Shown: positions 30,029-41,975, numbered from the stretch's first letter. The stretch: DNA of 64,000 bases from an uncultured Actinomycetota bacterium (GCA_963695375.1 OY968767.1:2131283-2195282); one strand, 5' to 3'. A program made the numbers and translations. The notes: generated from the sequence alone by a model not told the origin.

Positions 30029-31738
30029 TCAGGAAAGGTCCCAGCGACCAGGTAGCGCGAGGACGCCCGCGGGGGCGACGCCGGCGCGGGCGAGCACGGC
30101 CTCGAGACCGGACATGCCGTGCGATCCGACCGGTGCGGCCAGCATGGCCGCCGCACCGAGCGGCAGTGCCGCGGCGGCCGCCTCGCTCGAGGTCGCCGGC
30201 CGGAACCGCTGCAGCGGCCCGACCTGGGGGACCGTCCGCGGCCGCACCTCGTCCGCGTGCAGCCCGGCCCGTTCGGCGGCCCGGCCGATCGCGGTCCGCA
30301 GCCCGCCGATGGTGTCGACGAGCCCGGACCCGGCCGCGTCCGCGCCGGTCCAGATCCGGCCCCGGGCGAGCGGCTCCAGCTGGTCGAGCGGCATCCCGCG
30401 GTCGTGCGCGGCCTTGCCGGTGAAGTCCGCGTAGACCTCGTCCAGCCAGCCGTTCAGCCGCTCCCACTGCTCGTCGTCGAACGGGGCGTCGCTGCCGAAC
30501 ATCGTCGCCTGCCGGCCGGCGCCGACCGCGCTCACGCCGATCCCGACCCGACCGAGCGCGTCGCCGACCGCCAGCTTGCCGGCCACCACGCCGATCGACC
30601 CGGTGATGGTGCTGTCGGTCGCGACGATCTCGTCACAGCCCATCGCGACGAAGTAGCCGCCGGACGCGGCGACGCTGCCCATCGACGCGACGACCGGCCG
30701 CCCGCTGGCCCGCAGCTGCAGCACCTCCCGGCGCACCGCGTCCGAGGCGATGTACGACCCGCCGGGGCTGACCACCCGCAGGACGACGGCGCGGACGTCC
30801 GGCCGGCGCGACGCGGCCCGCAGCGCCGCGGTGACGGTGTCCGACCCCGCCATCGGTCCGCCGAGCGGGGTGCCGTGGCTGCGGCCGGGCACGATGCCAC
30901 CCACCACCGGGACCACGGCCACCGTCGGCCGGGCGCGGTCGCGGGCCCGGACGGCCACGGCATTGGCCAGCGGTGGGCTCCACCGGTGCACGTACCGCAG
31001 CGTGAGCCGCCCGTCGTCTGCCAGGCGGCTGCGCAGGTCGGCGTAGACCTCGTCCCGGTAGCCGAGCCGGTCCAGCAGCCCCGCGCGGACGGACGACTCG
31101 GCGCTCAGCGGGGCCTCGTCCACGGCGGCCCGCACGTCGTCCTCGCTCAGCCGCCGCCGGCGGGCGGTCTGTCGGACCAGCGTCGTCAGCACCGAGTCGG
31201 CCACCCGCTGCAGTGCTTCGTGCTGCGCCGGTGGCATGGCCTCGCTCATGAAGGTGTCGGCGGCCCCCTTGTACTCGTGTCGCTGGCCGAGCTGGGGCTG
31301 CACGCCCAGCCGGTCCAGCAGCCCGCGCAGATAGACGCCGCGCAGCGACACCCCGGTCAGCCCGAGCAGCCCGCTCGGCTGCATCCAGATGGTGTCGAAG
31401 GCGACCGCCAGCCGGTAGCTGGCGCTGGCCCCGCTCAGCTCGCCGAACGACTCCGCGTACGCGACGGTGACCCGGCCCGAGCGGCCGAAGTCCTCCACCG
31501 CCGCGCCCAGCTCGTCTGCCTGCGACGGGGTCAGGGTCTCGTGGCCGAGGTGGCCGACCAGACCGACCACGTGCGGATCCGCCGTGGCCCGCCGCAGCCG
31601 CTCCACCAGGCCGCGCAGGGTGGGCATCCCGCGGGTGCGCAGCGCCCCGGCCGGGTCCGGCGGCGGAGCCTCGAGCAGCCCGCGCGACAGGTCCAGCTCG
31701 AGCAGGACCGGTGGCCGGGACGTCGCCGGGGTGCGCAT
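30029..31738 (-). CDS. sppA: Signal peptide peptidase SppA (S49 family, 67K type, tandem domains)
   Basis: 569 aa with two S49 halves. The second half has VASMGSVAASGGYFVAMGCDEIVATDSTITGSIGV. Confidence 0.85.
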   Translation of the reverse strand: MRTPATSRPPVLLELDLSRGLLEAPPPDPAGALRTRGMPTLRGLVERLRRATADPHVVGLVGHLGHETLTPSQADELGAAVEDFGRSGRVTVAYAESFGELSGASASYRLAVAFDTIWMQPSGLLGLTGVSLRGVYLRGLLDRLGVQPQLGQRHEYKGAADTFMSEAMPPAQHEALQRVADSVLTTLVRQTARRRRLSEDDVRAAVDEAPLSAESSVRAGLLDRLGYRDEVYADLRSRLADDGRLTLRYVHRWSPPLANAVAVRARDRARPTVAVVPVVGGIVPGRSHGTPLGGPMAGSDTVTAALRAASRRPDVRAVVLRVVSPGGSYIASDAVRREVLQLRASGRPVVASMGSVAASGGYFVAMGCDEIVATDSTITGSIGVVAGKLAVGDALGRVGIGVSAVGAGRQATMFGSDAPFDDEQWERLNGWLDEVYADFTGKAAHDRGMPLDQLEPLARGRIWTGADAAGSGLVDTIGGLRTAIGRAAERAGLHADEVRPRTVPQVGPLQRFRPATSSEAAAAALPLGAAAMLAAPVGSHGMSGLEAVLARAGVAPAGVLALPGRWDLS

Positions 31739-31771
31739 GTCACCACGCTAGCCCGGCCCCCGACCGAGCGG

Positions 31772-33178
31772 TCAGCCGATCTCGACGACCACCAGGTCAC
31801 CACCGACGAAGACCGGGAATCGTGAGGTCGCGGCGTAGGTGCGCTTGGGTCGCTCGCCGTGTCGTGGCACGTACACCGCCACCGGCCGGCGAGGCGTCAT
31901 CTCGACCTGGAGCTGGTGCGACCGGACCGGGATCCGATCCCCGTCCGGGTAGTGCTCGGCCACCGCCACGTCCCGCCACAACAGCAGGTAGTGCCGCCCG
32001 TCGCGCTTCTGCACCAGCGTCTGGCGCAGGTCGCTCCTACCGCCGCTCACCCGCAGTTGCAGCGGAGCGGGCGCGAACGCCGGGCCCCGGTCCGCCAGCA
32101 GGGACAGGAACCGCTTCGTGCTGTAGAACTCGGGCTTCTTCCGCCAGGTGTCCGGGGTCGACCGGGCGACCGTGTGCTCGGTCATCGCGATCAGGCCGAA
32201 GTGCGCGTTGCGGTCGGCGGTCCGGTTGATGCTGGCCTGGCTGGTGTGGTCGATCGGGTCGGGGTCGTCGAGCAGCTCGAACCGGCCGTACACCGAGTTG
32301 CGCTGGAAGAAGTCGCAGATCCCGCGCACCGCGTAGCTGGCCGAGGCGAACTCCGGCACGGTCTTGCCGGTGTTGTCCTGCGGCGAGTTGTTGTAGCCGG
32401 TCTCGGTGAAGATCCACTGATCGGCGTTCGGGAAGCAGCGGCTGAGGATGGAGATGTGCTCGTCGATGCCCCGGCTCGGGCTGGTGCCCTTGTTGTACAT
32501 GTGCGCGTTGCCGATGTCCGACCACTCACTCAGGTCGCCGAGCTCGGCCGCCCGGCCCGCGGTGATGTCGGTCCGCGTGGACGGGCCCGCGACCGGGATG
32601 CCGGCAGTCGCCGAGTTCGCCTTGGCGGCCCGCCAGAGCGCCTTCTGCATCACCCGGGCATGCGCGGCCCACTGCGGGTCCCGGGGGAAGCCGTCGATCT
32701 CGTTGCAGCCGCCGAGGGAGTGCAGCAGGTTCGACAGGTTGCCGACCCGGGGCTTGTAGTACGACGCGAGGTAGCTCATCACCTGGCGGTTGACGGCGTC
32801 CGCGTTCCGCCAGTCCGACAGGTTGCCGACCGTGGCGTGCCAGCGGGTCCCGGAGCGCGCGAGCGCGAGCATCGCCCGCTGCTGGTTGCGGGTGCCGGTG
32901 GAGGCGCCGGTGGTGATGCGCTCGCGGACGATGCGCACCCCCAGCTCCCGGAGCAGGTCGACCACGGCGTCGGTGTGCCCGTAGACGGTGTCCCGGTAGA
33001 AGAGCTTGGTGTTCACCATGTAGGACTCGCAGATGTCGTCGGCCCGGCGGGCCCGGACGGAGGGGAGCGCTCTGGTGGGGTCCGGTCGGAGCACCTCCCC
33101 GGCGGCGAGGGCGGGTGCCGGTGCGGCCAGTGAGGCGAACGAGGCCAGGCCGAGGGTCAGGACGTCACGTCGGTGCAT
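31772..33178 (-). CDS. Tat-secreted protein, probable clan GH-A (TIM-barrel) glycoside hydrolase with a C-terminal beta-rich domain
   Basis: Tat signal (MHRRDVLTLGLASFASLAAPAPALA). The motif order is typical of GH5-like enzymes: N-E (GGCNEIDG, E160), H-x-Y (NAHMY), nucleophile E (WIFTETGY, E259). The family assignment is an inference. Confidence 0.6.
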   Translation of the reverse strand: MHRRDVLTLGLASFASLAAPAPALAAGEVLRPDPTRALPSVRARRADDICESYMVNTKLFYRDTVYGHTDAVVDLLRELGVRIVRERITTGASTGTRNQQRAMLALARSGTRWHATVGNLSDWRNADAVNRQVMSYLASYYKPRVGNLSNLLHSLGGCNEIDGFPRDPQWAAHARVMQKALWRAAKANSATAGIPVAGPSTRTDITAGRAAELGDLSEWSDIGNAHMYNKGTSPSRGIDEHISILSRCFPNADQWIFTETGYNNSPQDNTGKTVPEFASASYAVRGICDFFQRNSVYGRFELLDDPDPIDHTSQASINRTADRNAHFGLIAMTEHTVARSTPDTWRKKPEFYSTKRFLSLLADRGPAFAPAPLQLRVSGGRSDLRQTLVQKRDGRHYLLLWRDVAVAEHYPDGDRIPVRSHQLQVEMTPRRPVAVYVPRHGERPKRTYAATSRFPVFVGGDLVVVEIG

Positions 33179-33256
33179 GCGGGGGTCTCCACTCAGGGGA
33201 GGGGCGGCGGGACTTTCGGGCGCGGTGGAAGCGCGTGGTGCGGCGGCGGACGCCGC

Positions 33257-33391
33257 TCAGCCGAGCTCGACCACCACCAGGTCCTTACCCACCGGCACCC
33301 GGATCCATGCGCGGGGCGGGTTGGTGCCCCGCGGGCGGCCGCTCCGGCGGGGTACGTACACCGCGCTGGACGGAAAGTGTCGGCTGCGCAT
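33257..33391 (-). pseudogene. C-terminal remnant of a paralogue of the 31772-33178 gene
   Basis: The frame-specific translation ...SSAVYVPRRSGRPRGTNPPRAWIRVPVGKDLVVVELG* aligns with the C-terminus of the neighbouring gene, PVAVYVPRHGERPKRTYAATSRFPVFVGGDLVVVEIG*. The frame is closed by a stop at 33449-33451, so only about 45-60 codons remain. Confidence 0.5.
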
Positions 33392-33559
33392 GAGGAACCG
33401 CCTCTGCGTCGGCCGAGTCGGCGGCTGCGCCGACCCGGTGGTGGTGGCTCACCCCCACGCGGTGTCCCTCCCGCTGGCCGCAGCAGAGAGTACACAAACG
33501 ACTACTATGGGTAAAATCGGCCCGGATTCGTCCTGCCCCGGGTTACCTGGGACGATGGA

Positions 33560-33655
33560 CGCCGGAGGGGAGTATTCCTCGCGGTGGTGTCGTCAGCACG
33601 GTTCGATCGACCCGGTGCCACCGGCCGGCCGAACCGGCGGAAGAGACCTCCACGT
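33560..33655 (+). promoter_or_regulatory. yybP-ykoY (Mn2+) riboswitch in the 5' leader of the TerC-family gene
   Basis: The conserved L1 element GGGGAGUA (33567-33574) and L3 element GAGACC (33642-33647) are closed by a P1 helix, GGAGG (33564-68) / CCUCC (33647-51). The element sits ~50 nt upstream of a TerC gene, which is the canonical genomic context. Confidence 0.65.
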
Positions 33656-33699
33656 CACCGGCTGCGCGGCAGCCCCGAGCCTGAACGAAAGGCGAGTAC

Positions 33700-34716
33700 G
33701 TGGACGTCTCGACCACAGCCTGGTGGGTGACCATCGGCGCCACCGTCGCGGTGCTGCTGTTCGACGTGCTGATCATCGGCCGTCGCCCGCACGAGCCCAG
33801 CATGCGCGAGTCCGCCATCTACATCAGCGTCTACACCGCGATGGCCGTCGTCTTCGGGTTGTGGGTGTGGGCCGACTACGGCAGCGGATTCGCCGGCGAG
33901 TTCTTCGCCGGCTGGCTGACCGAGTATTCGCTGTCGATCGACAACCTGTTCGTCTTCATCATCATCATGGGCGCGCTGGGGGTGCCCCGGAAGTACCAGC
34001 AGGAGGCACTGCTCGTCGGCATCATCCTGGCCCTGGTCCTCCGCGGGATCTTCATCGCCGTGGGCGCTGTCGCGATCAACCAGTTCGCCTGGATCTTCTA
34101 CCTGTTCGGCGCGTTCCTCATCTACACCGCGGTCCAGCTGGCCCGGCACCGCGACGACAGCGACGAGTACCACGAGAACCGGATCATCCGGATGATCAAG
34201 GCGCGGGTGCCGTCCACCGACGAGTACCACGGGCTCAAGCTGCTGGTCCGGGAGAACGGGCGGCGGGTGATGACCCCGATGCTGATCGTGATCGTGGCCC
34301 TCGGGTCCACCGACGTGCTGTTCGCGCTGGACTCGATCCCCGCCATCTACGGCCTCACCGAGGAGCCGTACCTGGTCCTGACGGCGAACATCTTCGCGCT
34401 GATGGGGCTGCGGCAGCTGTACTTCCTGCTCGGCGGGCTGCTGGACCGGTTGATCTACCTGTCCTTCGGCCTGGCGGTGATCCTCGCGTTCATCGGGGTC
34501 AAGCTGGTGCTGCACGCGCTGCACGAGAACGAGCTGCCCTTCATCAACGGCGGCGAGCACGTGGGTGTCCCGGAGATCCCGATCTGGCTGTCGCTGGTGG
34601 TCATCGTCGCGTCGCTGGTGGTGACCGCGGTCGCCAGCCTGCTCGCGGTCCGCAACGATCCGTCCAAGGCCGCCGACCTGCCCGAGGCGACCGAGGAGAA
34701 CGCGCCGCCGCGCTGA
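33700..34716 (+). CDS. terC: TerC family integral membrane protein
   Basis: 338 aa with the TerC signature (EYSLSIDNLFVFIIIM..., ALDSIPAIYGLT...). GTG start after GAAAGG. Confidence 0.9.
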   Translation: MDVSTTAWWVTIGATVAVLLFDVLIIGRRPHEPSMRESAIYISVYTAMAVVFGLWVWADYGSGFAGEFFAGWLTEYSLSIDNLFVFIIIMGALGVPRKYQQEALLVGIILALVLRGIFIAVGAVAINQFAWIFYLFGAFLIYTAVQLARHRDDSDEYHENRIIRMIKARVPSTDEYHGLKLLVRENGRRVMTPMLIVIVALGSTDVLFALDSIPAIYGLTEEPYLVLTANIFALMGLRQLYFLLGGLLDRLIYLSFGLAVILAFIGVKLVLHALHENELPFINGGEHVGVPEIPIWLSLVVIVASLVVTAVASLLAVRNDPSKAADLPEATEENAPPR

Positions 34717-34850
34717 CTGCGGCCCCGGCCGAGCGGTGGTGTCGGACGGTCGGGATGGCCCCAACGCGTCATTGACCGCGCTCGCTCGCGGGAGCAGCAT
34801 CGACCGCGGAGGCGCCGGCCGCTCCGGCGCGCCGGAAGGAGACGGCCGAC

Positions 34851-35171
34851 ATGCCCAGGTACCTGTACGCGGTCAACTACAGCCAGCAGGGGCTCGACGG
34901 GGTGCGCAGCAAGGGTGCCGCGGACCGGGCCACCGCGGTCGGGGACCTCGCCCGGAGCATGGGCGGGTCGCTGGAGGGGTTCTACTTCGCGTTCGGTGGC
35001 GTCGACGCGTACGTGCTGGTGGACCTGCCCGACGACGAGACCGCTGCCGCGGTCTCGCTCACGGTGACGAGCAGCGGCGCCGCGACGGTCCGGACCACCA
35101 AGCTGCTGAGCACCGACGAGATCGACGCCGCGCTGGGCAAGACGGTCCCGTACCGGCCACCAGGGCAGTAG
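34851..35171 (+). CDS. GYD domain protein
   Basis: 106 aa, MPRYLYAVNYSQQGLDGV...GFYFAFGGVDAYVLVDLPDDETAAAVSL. RBS GGAAGGAG. Confidence 0.75.
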   Translation: MPRYLYAVNYSQQGLDGVRSKGAADRATAVGDLARSMGGSLEGFYFAFGGVDAYVLVDLPDDETAAAVSLTVTSSGAATVRTTKLLSTDEIDAALGKTVPYRPPGQ

Positions 35172-35194
35172 CACCGCGGGGTCGACCCGCAGCG

Positions 35195-36619
35195 TCAGCC
35201 CAGGTCCGTGGGGTCCTTGACGTAGGTGCGCTGGGCGCGCAGGGCACGGTTGGCGAGCCAGGTGACCACCCACAGCAGCACGCCGATCGCGAGCAGGACG
35301 CCGGCGACCTCGTACTGGTTCTGGGCGCGACCGGACAGCGGGGTGACGAGGTAGGCGCAGGCGGCGGCTCCGACCAGCGGGAGCGCCGTGGGGGCCCGGA
35401 AGTGCCCGTGCTCGACGGTGTCGCTGCGCAGCACGAGCACCGCGATGTTGACGACCGCGAAGACCGCGAGCAGCAGCAGGCTGGTGGTGCCGCCGAGCGT
35501 CTCCACCGCGGTGCTGCTCAGGGTGTTGGCGTAGGCGATCAGGCCGAGCGCGATGCCGGTGGTGAACAGGATGGAGGCCCACGGGGTGCGCCGGACCGGG
35601 TGCACCTTGGCCAGGAAGGGCGGGAGCACCGCCTGCCGGCCCATCCCGTAGAGCAGCCGGCTGGCCATCAGCATGTTGATCAGCGCGGAGTTTGCCACCG
35701 CGAACATCGCGATGAAGGGGAAGATGTCGCCCACCGGCAGGTCCGGGGCGCCGGCGCGGACCACTTCGAGCAGTGGTGACTCCGCCTTGGCGAGCTCGCC
35801 GACCGGCACGATCGCGACGGCGGAGATCGACACCAGCACGTAGATCAGGCCGGTGATTCCGAGGCCGGTGAGCATCACCTTGGGAAAGATGCGGGACGGG
35901 TCCCTGGTCTCCTCGGCCATGTTCACGGAGTCCTCGAACCCCACCATCGCGAAGAACGCGAGTGAGGTCGCGGTGGTGACCGCCAGGAAGACGTTCTTGT
36001 CCTCCGGGGTGTCGAACGCGACCACCGCTCCCCAGTCGGCGTCGCCCTGGCTGATCACCCACAGGCCGACCAGGATCACCAGCAACAGGCCGGTGAGCTC
36101 GACCACCGTCAGCACGACGTTGGCCTTGACGCTCTCACCGACGCCACGCAGGTTCACCGCCGCGATCAGCAGCATGAACCCCAGCGCCACGATGAGCAGC
36201 CCGCCGCTGCCCGTGGCGAGGTCGAGGCCGAAGCCGGCGCTCAGGTTGGCCGCGAACGCCAGGGACGCCGTGGACGCCGAGGTGATGCCGGAGGCCATCA
36301 CGGTGAAGCAGACCAGGAACGTGACGAAGTGGATGCCGAAAGCCTTGTGGGTGTAGAGCGCCGCCCCCGCCGCCTGGGGATACTTGGTCACCAGCTCGAG
36401 GTAGGAGAAGGCGGTGATCGTCGCCACCGCGAAGGCGACGAGGAACGGCACCCAGGCAGCGCCCCCGACCTCGCCGGCGACGTCACCGGTCAGTGCGTAG
36501 ACGCCGGTGCCGAGGATGTCTCCGACGATGAACAGCAGCAGCAGGCGCGGGCCCATGGCCCGTCGCAGCTCCGCGCTCTGCTCGCCGGTCTCGGTTTCAG
36601 TCGTGCCAGCTTCGCTCAT
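35195..36619 (-). CDS. APC family amino acid/polyamine permease
   Basis: 474 aa with 12 TM segments and an N-terminal family motif (LLLLFIVGDILGTGVYALTG). Confidence 0.85.
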   Translation of the reverse strand: MSEAGTTETETGEQSAELRRAMGPRLLLLFIVGDILGTGVYALTGDVAGEVGGAAWVPFLVAFAVATITAFSYLELVTKYPQAAGAALYTHKAFGIHFVTFLVCFTVMASGITSASTASLAFAANLSAGFGLDLATGSGGLLIVALGFMLLIAAVNLRGVGESVKANVVLTVVELTGLLLVILVGLWVISQGDADWGAVVAFDTPEDKNVFLAVTTATSLAFFAMVGFEDSVNMAEETRDPSRIFPKVMLTGLGITGLIYVLVSISAVAIVPVGELAKAESPLLEVVRAGAPDLPVGDIFPFIAMFAVANSALINMLMASRLLYGMGRQAVLPPFLAKVHPVRRTPWASILFTTGIALGLIAYANTLSSTAVETLGGTTSLLLLAVFAVVNIAVLVLRSDTVEHGHFRAPTALPLVGAAACAYLVTPLSGRAQNQYEVAGVLLAIGVLLWVVTWLANRALRAQRTYVKDPTDLG

Positions 36620-36690
36620 GGGCAGCCACTGTCGACCCCCGGTGCCTGCCGGGCAAGCGGGACACGCACCCGGCGATCAGCGGTCGCGGC

Positions 36691-37344
36691 TCACCAGCCC
36701 CGGTCGCGCCACTGCGGCAGCTGCGGGCGCTCCGCCCCGAGCGTCGAGTCGGCTCCGTGGCCGGGATAGAACCAGGTCTCGTCCGGGAACCGGTCGAACA
36801 GCTTGTGCTCGACCTCGTCGACCAGTGTCTCGAAGTCCTCGGCGGACCAGGTCTTCCCGACGCCGCCGGGGAACAGGCTGTCGCCGGTGAACAGGTGCGG
36901 GGGACCGTCGGGGTCGTCGTAGGCCAAGGCGATCGAGCCCGGTGTGTGGCCGACGAGGGAGATCACGCCGAGCCGGCAGCTGCCGACGGAGATCTCGTCG
37001 CCGTCGTCGAGCGGCCGATCGACCTCGACCGGCAGGTGCGCGGCGTCGTCCCGGCCGGCGAGCGTGCGCGCTCCGGTGGCCTGGACCAGCAGCGGCAGCG
37101 CCTGCCAGTGGTCGGCGTGCCGGTGCGTCGTGACGACCGTGGCGAGGCCGCGATCGCCGACGAGCTCGAGCAGCCGGTCCGGTTCCTCCGCGGCGTCGAC
37201 CAGCAGCTGCTCACCGGTCTCCCGGCAGCGCAGCAGATAGGCGTTGTTGTCCATCGGCCCGACGGCGAGCTTGGTCACGACCAGCCGGGACAGCTCGCGC
37301 ACGTCCGGGGGACCGCCCACGCTGACCGCTCCGGTGTACGCCAC
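36691..37344 (-). CDS. MBL-fold metallo-hydrolase (glyoxalase II-like)
   Basis: GTG at 37344 after GGGAGGG. Contains the HxHxDH motif (THRHADHW) and downstream His/Asp ligands (GHTPGS, TGDSLF). Confidence 0.8.
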   Translation of the reverse strand: MAYTGAVSVGGPPDVRELSRLVVTKLAVGPMDNNAYLLRCRETGEQLLVDAAEEPDRLLELVGDRGLATVVTTHRHADHWQALPLLVQATGARTLAGRDDAAHLPVEVDRPLDDGDEISVGSCRLGVISLVGHTPGSIALAYDDPDGPPHLFTGDSLFPGGVGKTWSAEDFETLVDEVEHKLFDRFPDETWFYPGHGADSTLGAERPQLPQWRDRGW

Positions 37345-37564
37345 GATCGCCCTCCCGGACCGGTCGGTCCCGCGGTGGCAGCCGCGGGAGCTCGCGGTCG
37401 CAGCGTAGGCCCGAGCCGTCGGTGCCGCGCCGGCTGGCCACGTCCTGACCCGCGCTCGGGTCTTTCGCCTGTTTCGTCCATATTCCGCGCGGCCGGCCGG
37501 CCGGCGGGCCGATCCCCAGGCCGCTGTTCTCGAGATGACAGCACCCGACGCTGGCCGTACCGTC

Positions 37565-37800
37565 GGACGCTGATCGTCTTCCGTCACGGGTCCGCCGAGT
37601 TCCGCCCGCCCGTGACGCCGCCGAGTGAGAGGCAACCCCGGGCGGGAGCGGGGGACCCACTTTTCCACGGTGCCACAGCCCGGGCCGCGCGAGCGCGGAC
37701 CGGGTGGCGCCTCGGGGTGAAGCCAGGGTCCCCAGCGCGCGCGCTGAGGCCACGGCCGGGCACCCTCCGCCCGAACCCGACAGCTCACCCCGCAGGCGGC
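37565..37800 (+). promoter_or_regulatory. ydaO/yuaA-type cyclic-di-AMP riboswitch in the rpf 5' leader
   Basis: The conserved blocks appear in the correct order: CGCUGAUC (37568-75), GAGCGGGGGACCCA (37646-59), CGGGGUGAAG (37723-32) and CCCGAACCCGACAGCUCACCCCGCAGGCG (37770-98). The element ends 1 nt before the rpf RBS (GGAG, 37801-04). Confidence 0.75.
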
Positions 37801-37815
37801 GGAGTGGTTCCGTCC

Positions 37816-38307
37816 ATGTCCTCCCTCCCCGCGCTTCTTGCCCACCTGCGAGCGTCCCTCACCGTCCTCGTCGCGATGACCGCGGCGCTCGTGCTCGGGG
37901 CCGGCCTGCTGGCCGCGCCCGCGAACGCCGCCACCGACCGCACCTGGAACCGGCTGGCCAACTGCGAGTCCGGGGGGAACTGGCACATCAACACCGGCAA
38001 CGGCTACCACGGCGGGCTGCAGTTCTCCCGCTCCACCTGGCGCGCCTACTCCGGTGGGCACTTCGCCCGGCGGGCCGACAACGCCCGCCGGATCGAACAG
38101 GTCGCCGTGGCTCAGCGGGTCCTGCGGGGCCAGGGGTGGGGGGCCTGGCCGTCCTGTTCGAGCCGGCTCGGCCTCGGGGCCAAGGAGCGCCGGGCCGACT
38201 GGGGGGTCGGCAAGTGGAAGCACGCCGGCGGGCACCACCACAACTCCAGCAAGCACCGGTCGGGCGAGCACCGCTGCCACACCAAGCCCGGCGTCCAGGT
38301 CGGCTGA
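37816..38307 (+). CDS. rpf: Resuscitation-promoting factor (Rpf, lytic transglycosylase-like)
   Basis: Signal peptide followed by the Rpf catalytic domain (WNRLANCESGGNWHINTGNGYHGGLQFSRSTW) and a short His/Lys-rich tail. Confidence 0.9.
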   Translation: MSSLPALLAHLRASLTVLVAMTAALVLGAGLLAAPANAATDRTWNRLANCESGGNWHINTGNGYHGGLQFSRSTWRAYSGGHFARRADNARRIEQVAVAQRVLRGQGWGAWPSCSSRLGLGAKERRADWGVGKWKHAGGHHHNSSKHRSGEHRCHTKPGVQVG

Positions 38308-38316
38308 CCGGCGGAC

Positions 38317-38338
38317 TGTCGGAGGCGGCGGTTAGCCT
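38317..38338 (+). promoter_or_regulatory. RecA-NDp / PafBC-type DNA-damage promoter motif upstream of uvrA
   Basis: TGTCGGAG-N8-TAGCCT versus tTGTCRgtg-N8-TAnnnT (one mismatch), ~40 nt upstream of the uvrA GTG. RBS AGGAGAG at 38363-69. Confidence 0.4.
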
Positions 38339-38377
38339 TCCTCCGAGCCGTCCGTCGATCCCAGGAGAGTCGCCGTC

Positions 38378-41305
<2,928 letters not shown>

Positions 41306-41376
41306 GCCCGCGACGCGGTGGCCCAGCCGCCAGGATGAGGGACCACGACACCCCATCCGCGATCGGGGAGGCCCGC

Positions 41377-41853
41377 ATGGCAACCGACCGGCAGCTCAGT
41401 CCTCAACACGGCGCGCACATTCCGCGCCGCGCCTTGCTCCGCGGCGCCGGCGGCGGAGTGGTCGCCGCGACCTGGCTGGTCGCGTGCGGCGACGACGACA
41501 CGGCGAGCAGCACCACCGCCGAGTCGGACACCGAGACCAGCGCGCCGTCCGACGACGCAGCCTCGGGTGACACCAAGACGGTGACGGTCTCCGACGTGGC
41601 CGTCGGTGGCGGAGTCGTGGTCGAGGAGACCTACGTCGTCACCCAACCGACCGACGGCGACTTCAAGGGCTTCACCGCGATCTGCACGCACAAGCAGTGC
41701 CCGGTCGGAGAGGTCACCGACGGAGAGATCATCTGCCCGTGCCACGGCAGCCGCTTCTCGATCGAGGACGGCGCGGTGGTCAACGGTCCCGCGACCGAGC
41801 CGCTCGCCGAGGCACCGGTCAGCGTCGACGGGGACACCATCACCGTCGGCTGA
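41377..41853 (+). CDS. Rieske [2Fe-2S] domain protein, Tat signal plus lipobox (probable Tat-exported lipoprotein)
   Basis: RRALLRGAGGGVVAATWLVAC (twin-Arg plus L-V-A-C lipobox) and Rieske ligands CTHKQC...CPCHGS. ATG at 41377 after GGGGAGG. Confidence 0.8.
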   Translation: MATDRQLSPQHGAHIPRRALLRGAGGGVVAATWLVACGDDDTASSTTAESDTETSAPSDDAASGDTKTVTVSDVAVGGGVVVEETYVVTQPTDGDFKGFTAICTHKQCPVGEVTDGEIICPCHGSRFSIEDGAVVNGPATEPLAEAPVSVDGDTITVG

Positions 41854-41975
41854 CGGGTCGGGAGAACGGTCACCGGGGACTGACCGAACGGCCGACGCGG
41901 TTCGGGCAGCCGCTGGCTAGGTTTCGGATCGGTGCAACCCCGACGAAAGCGGAGGGACGGGCCCGATGGCTGCGT

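Noticed and set aside
35172-35194. GCGGG-GTCGA-CCCGC hairpin between the convergent GYD and permease genes as a bidirectional terminator
   Set aside because: The stem is only 5 bp and there is no U/A tract on either side. That is too weak to report as a feature.
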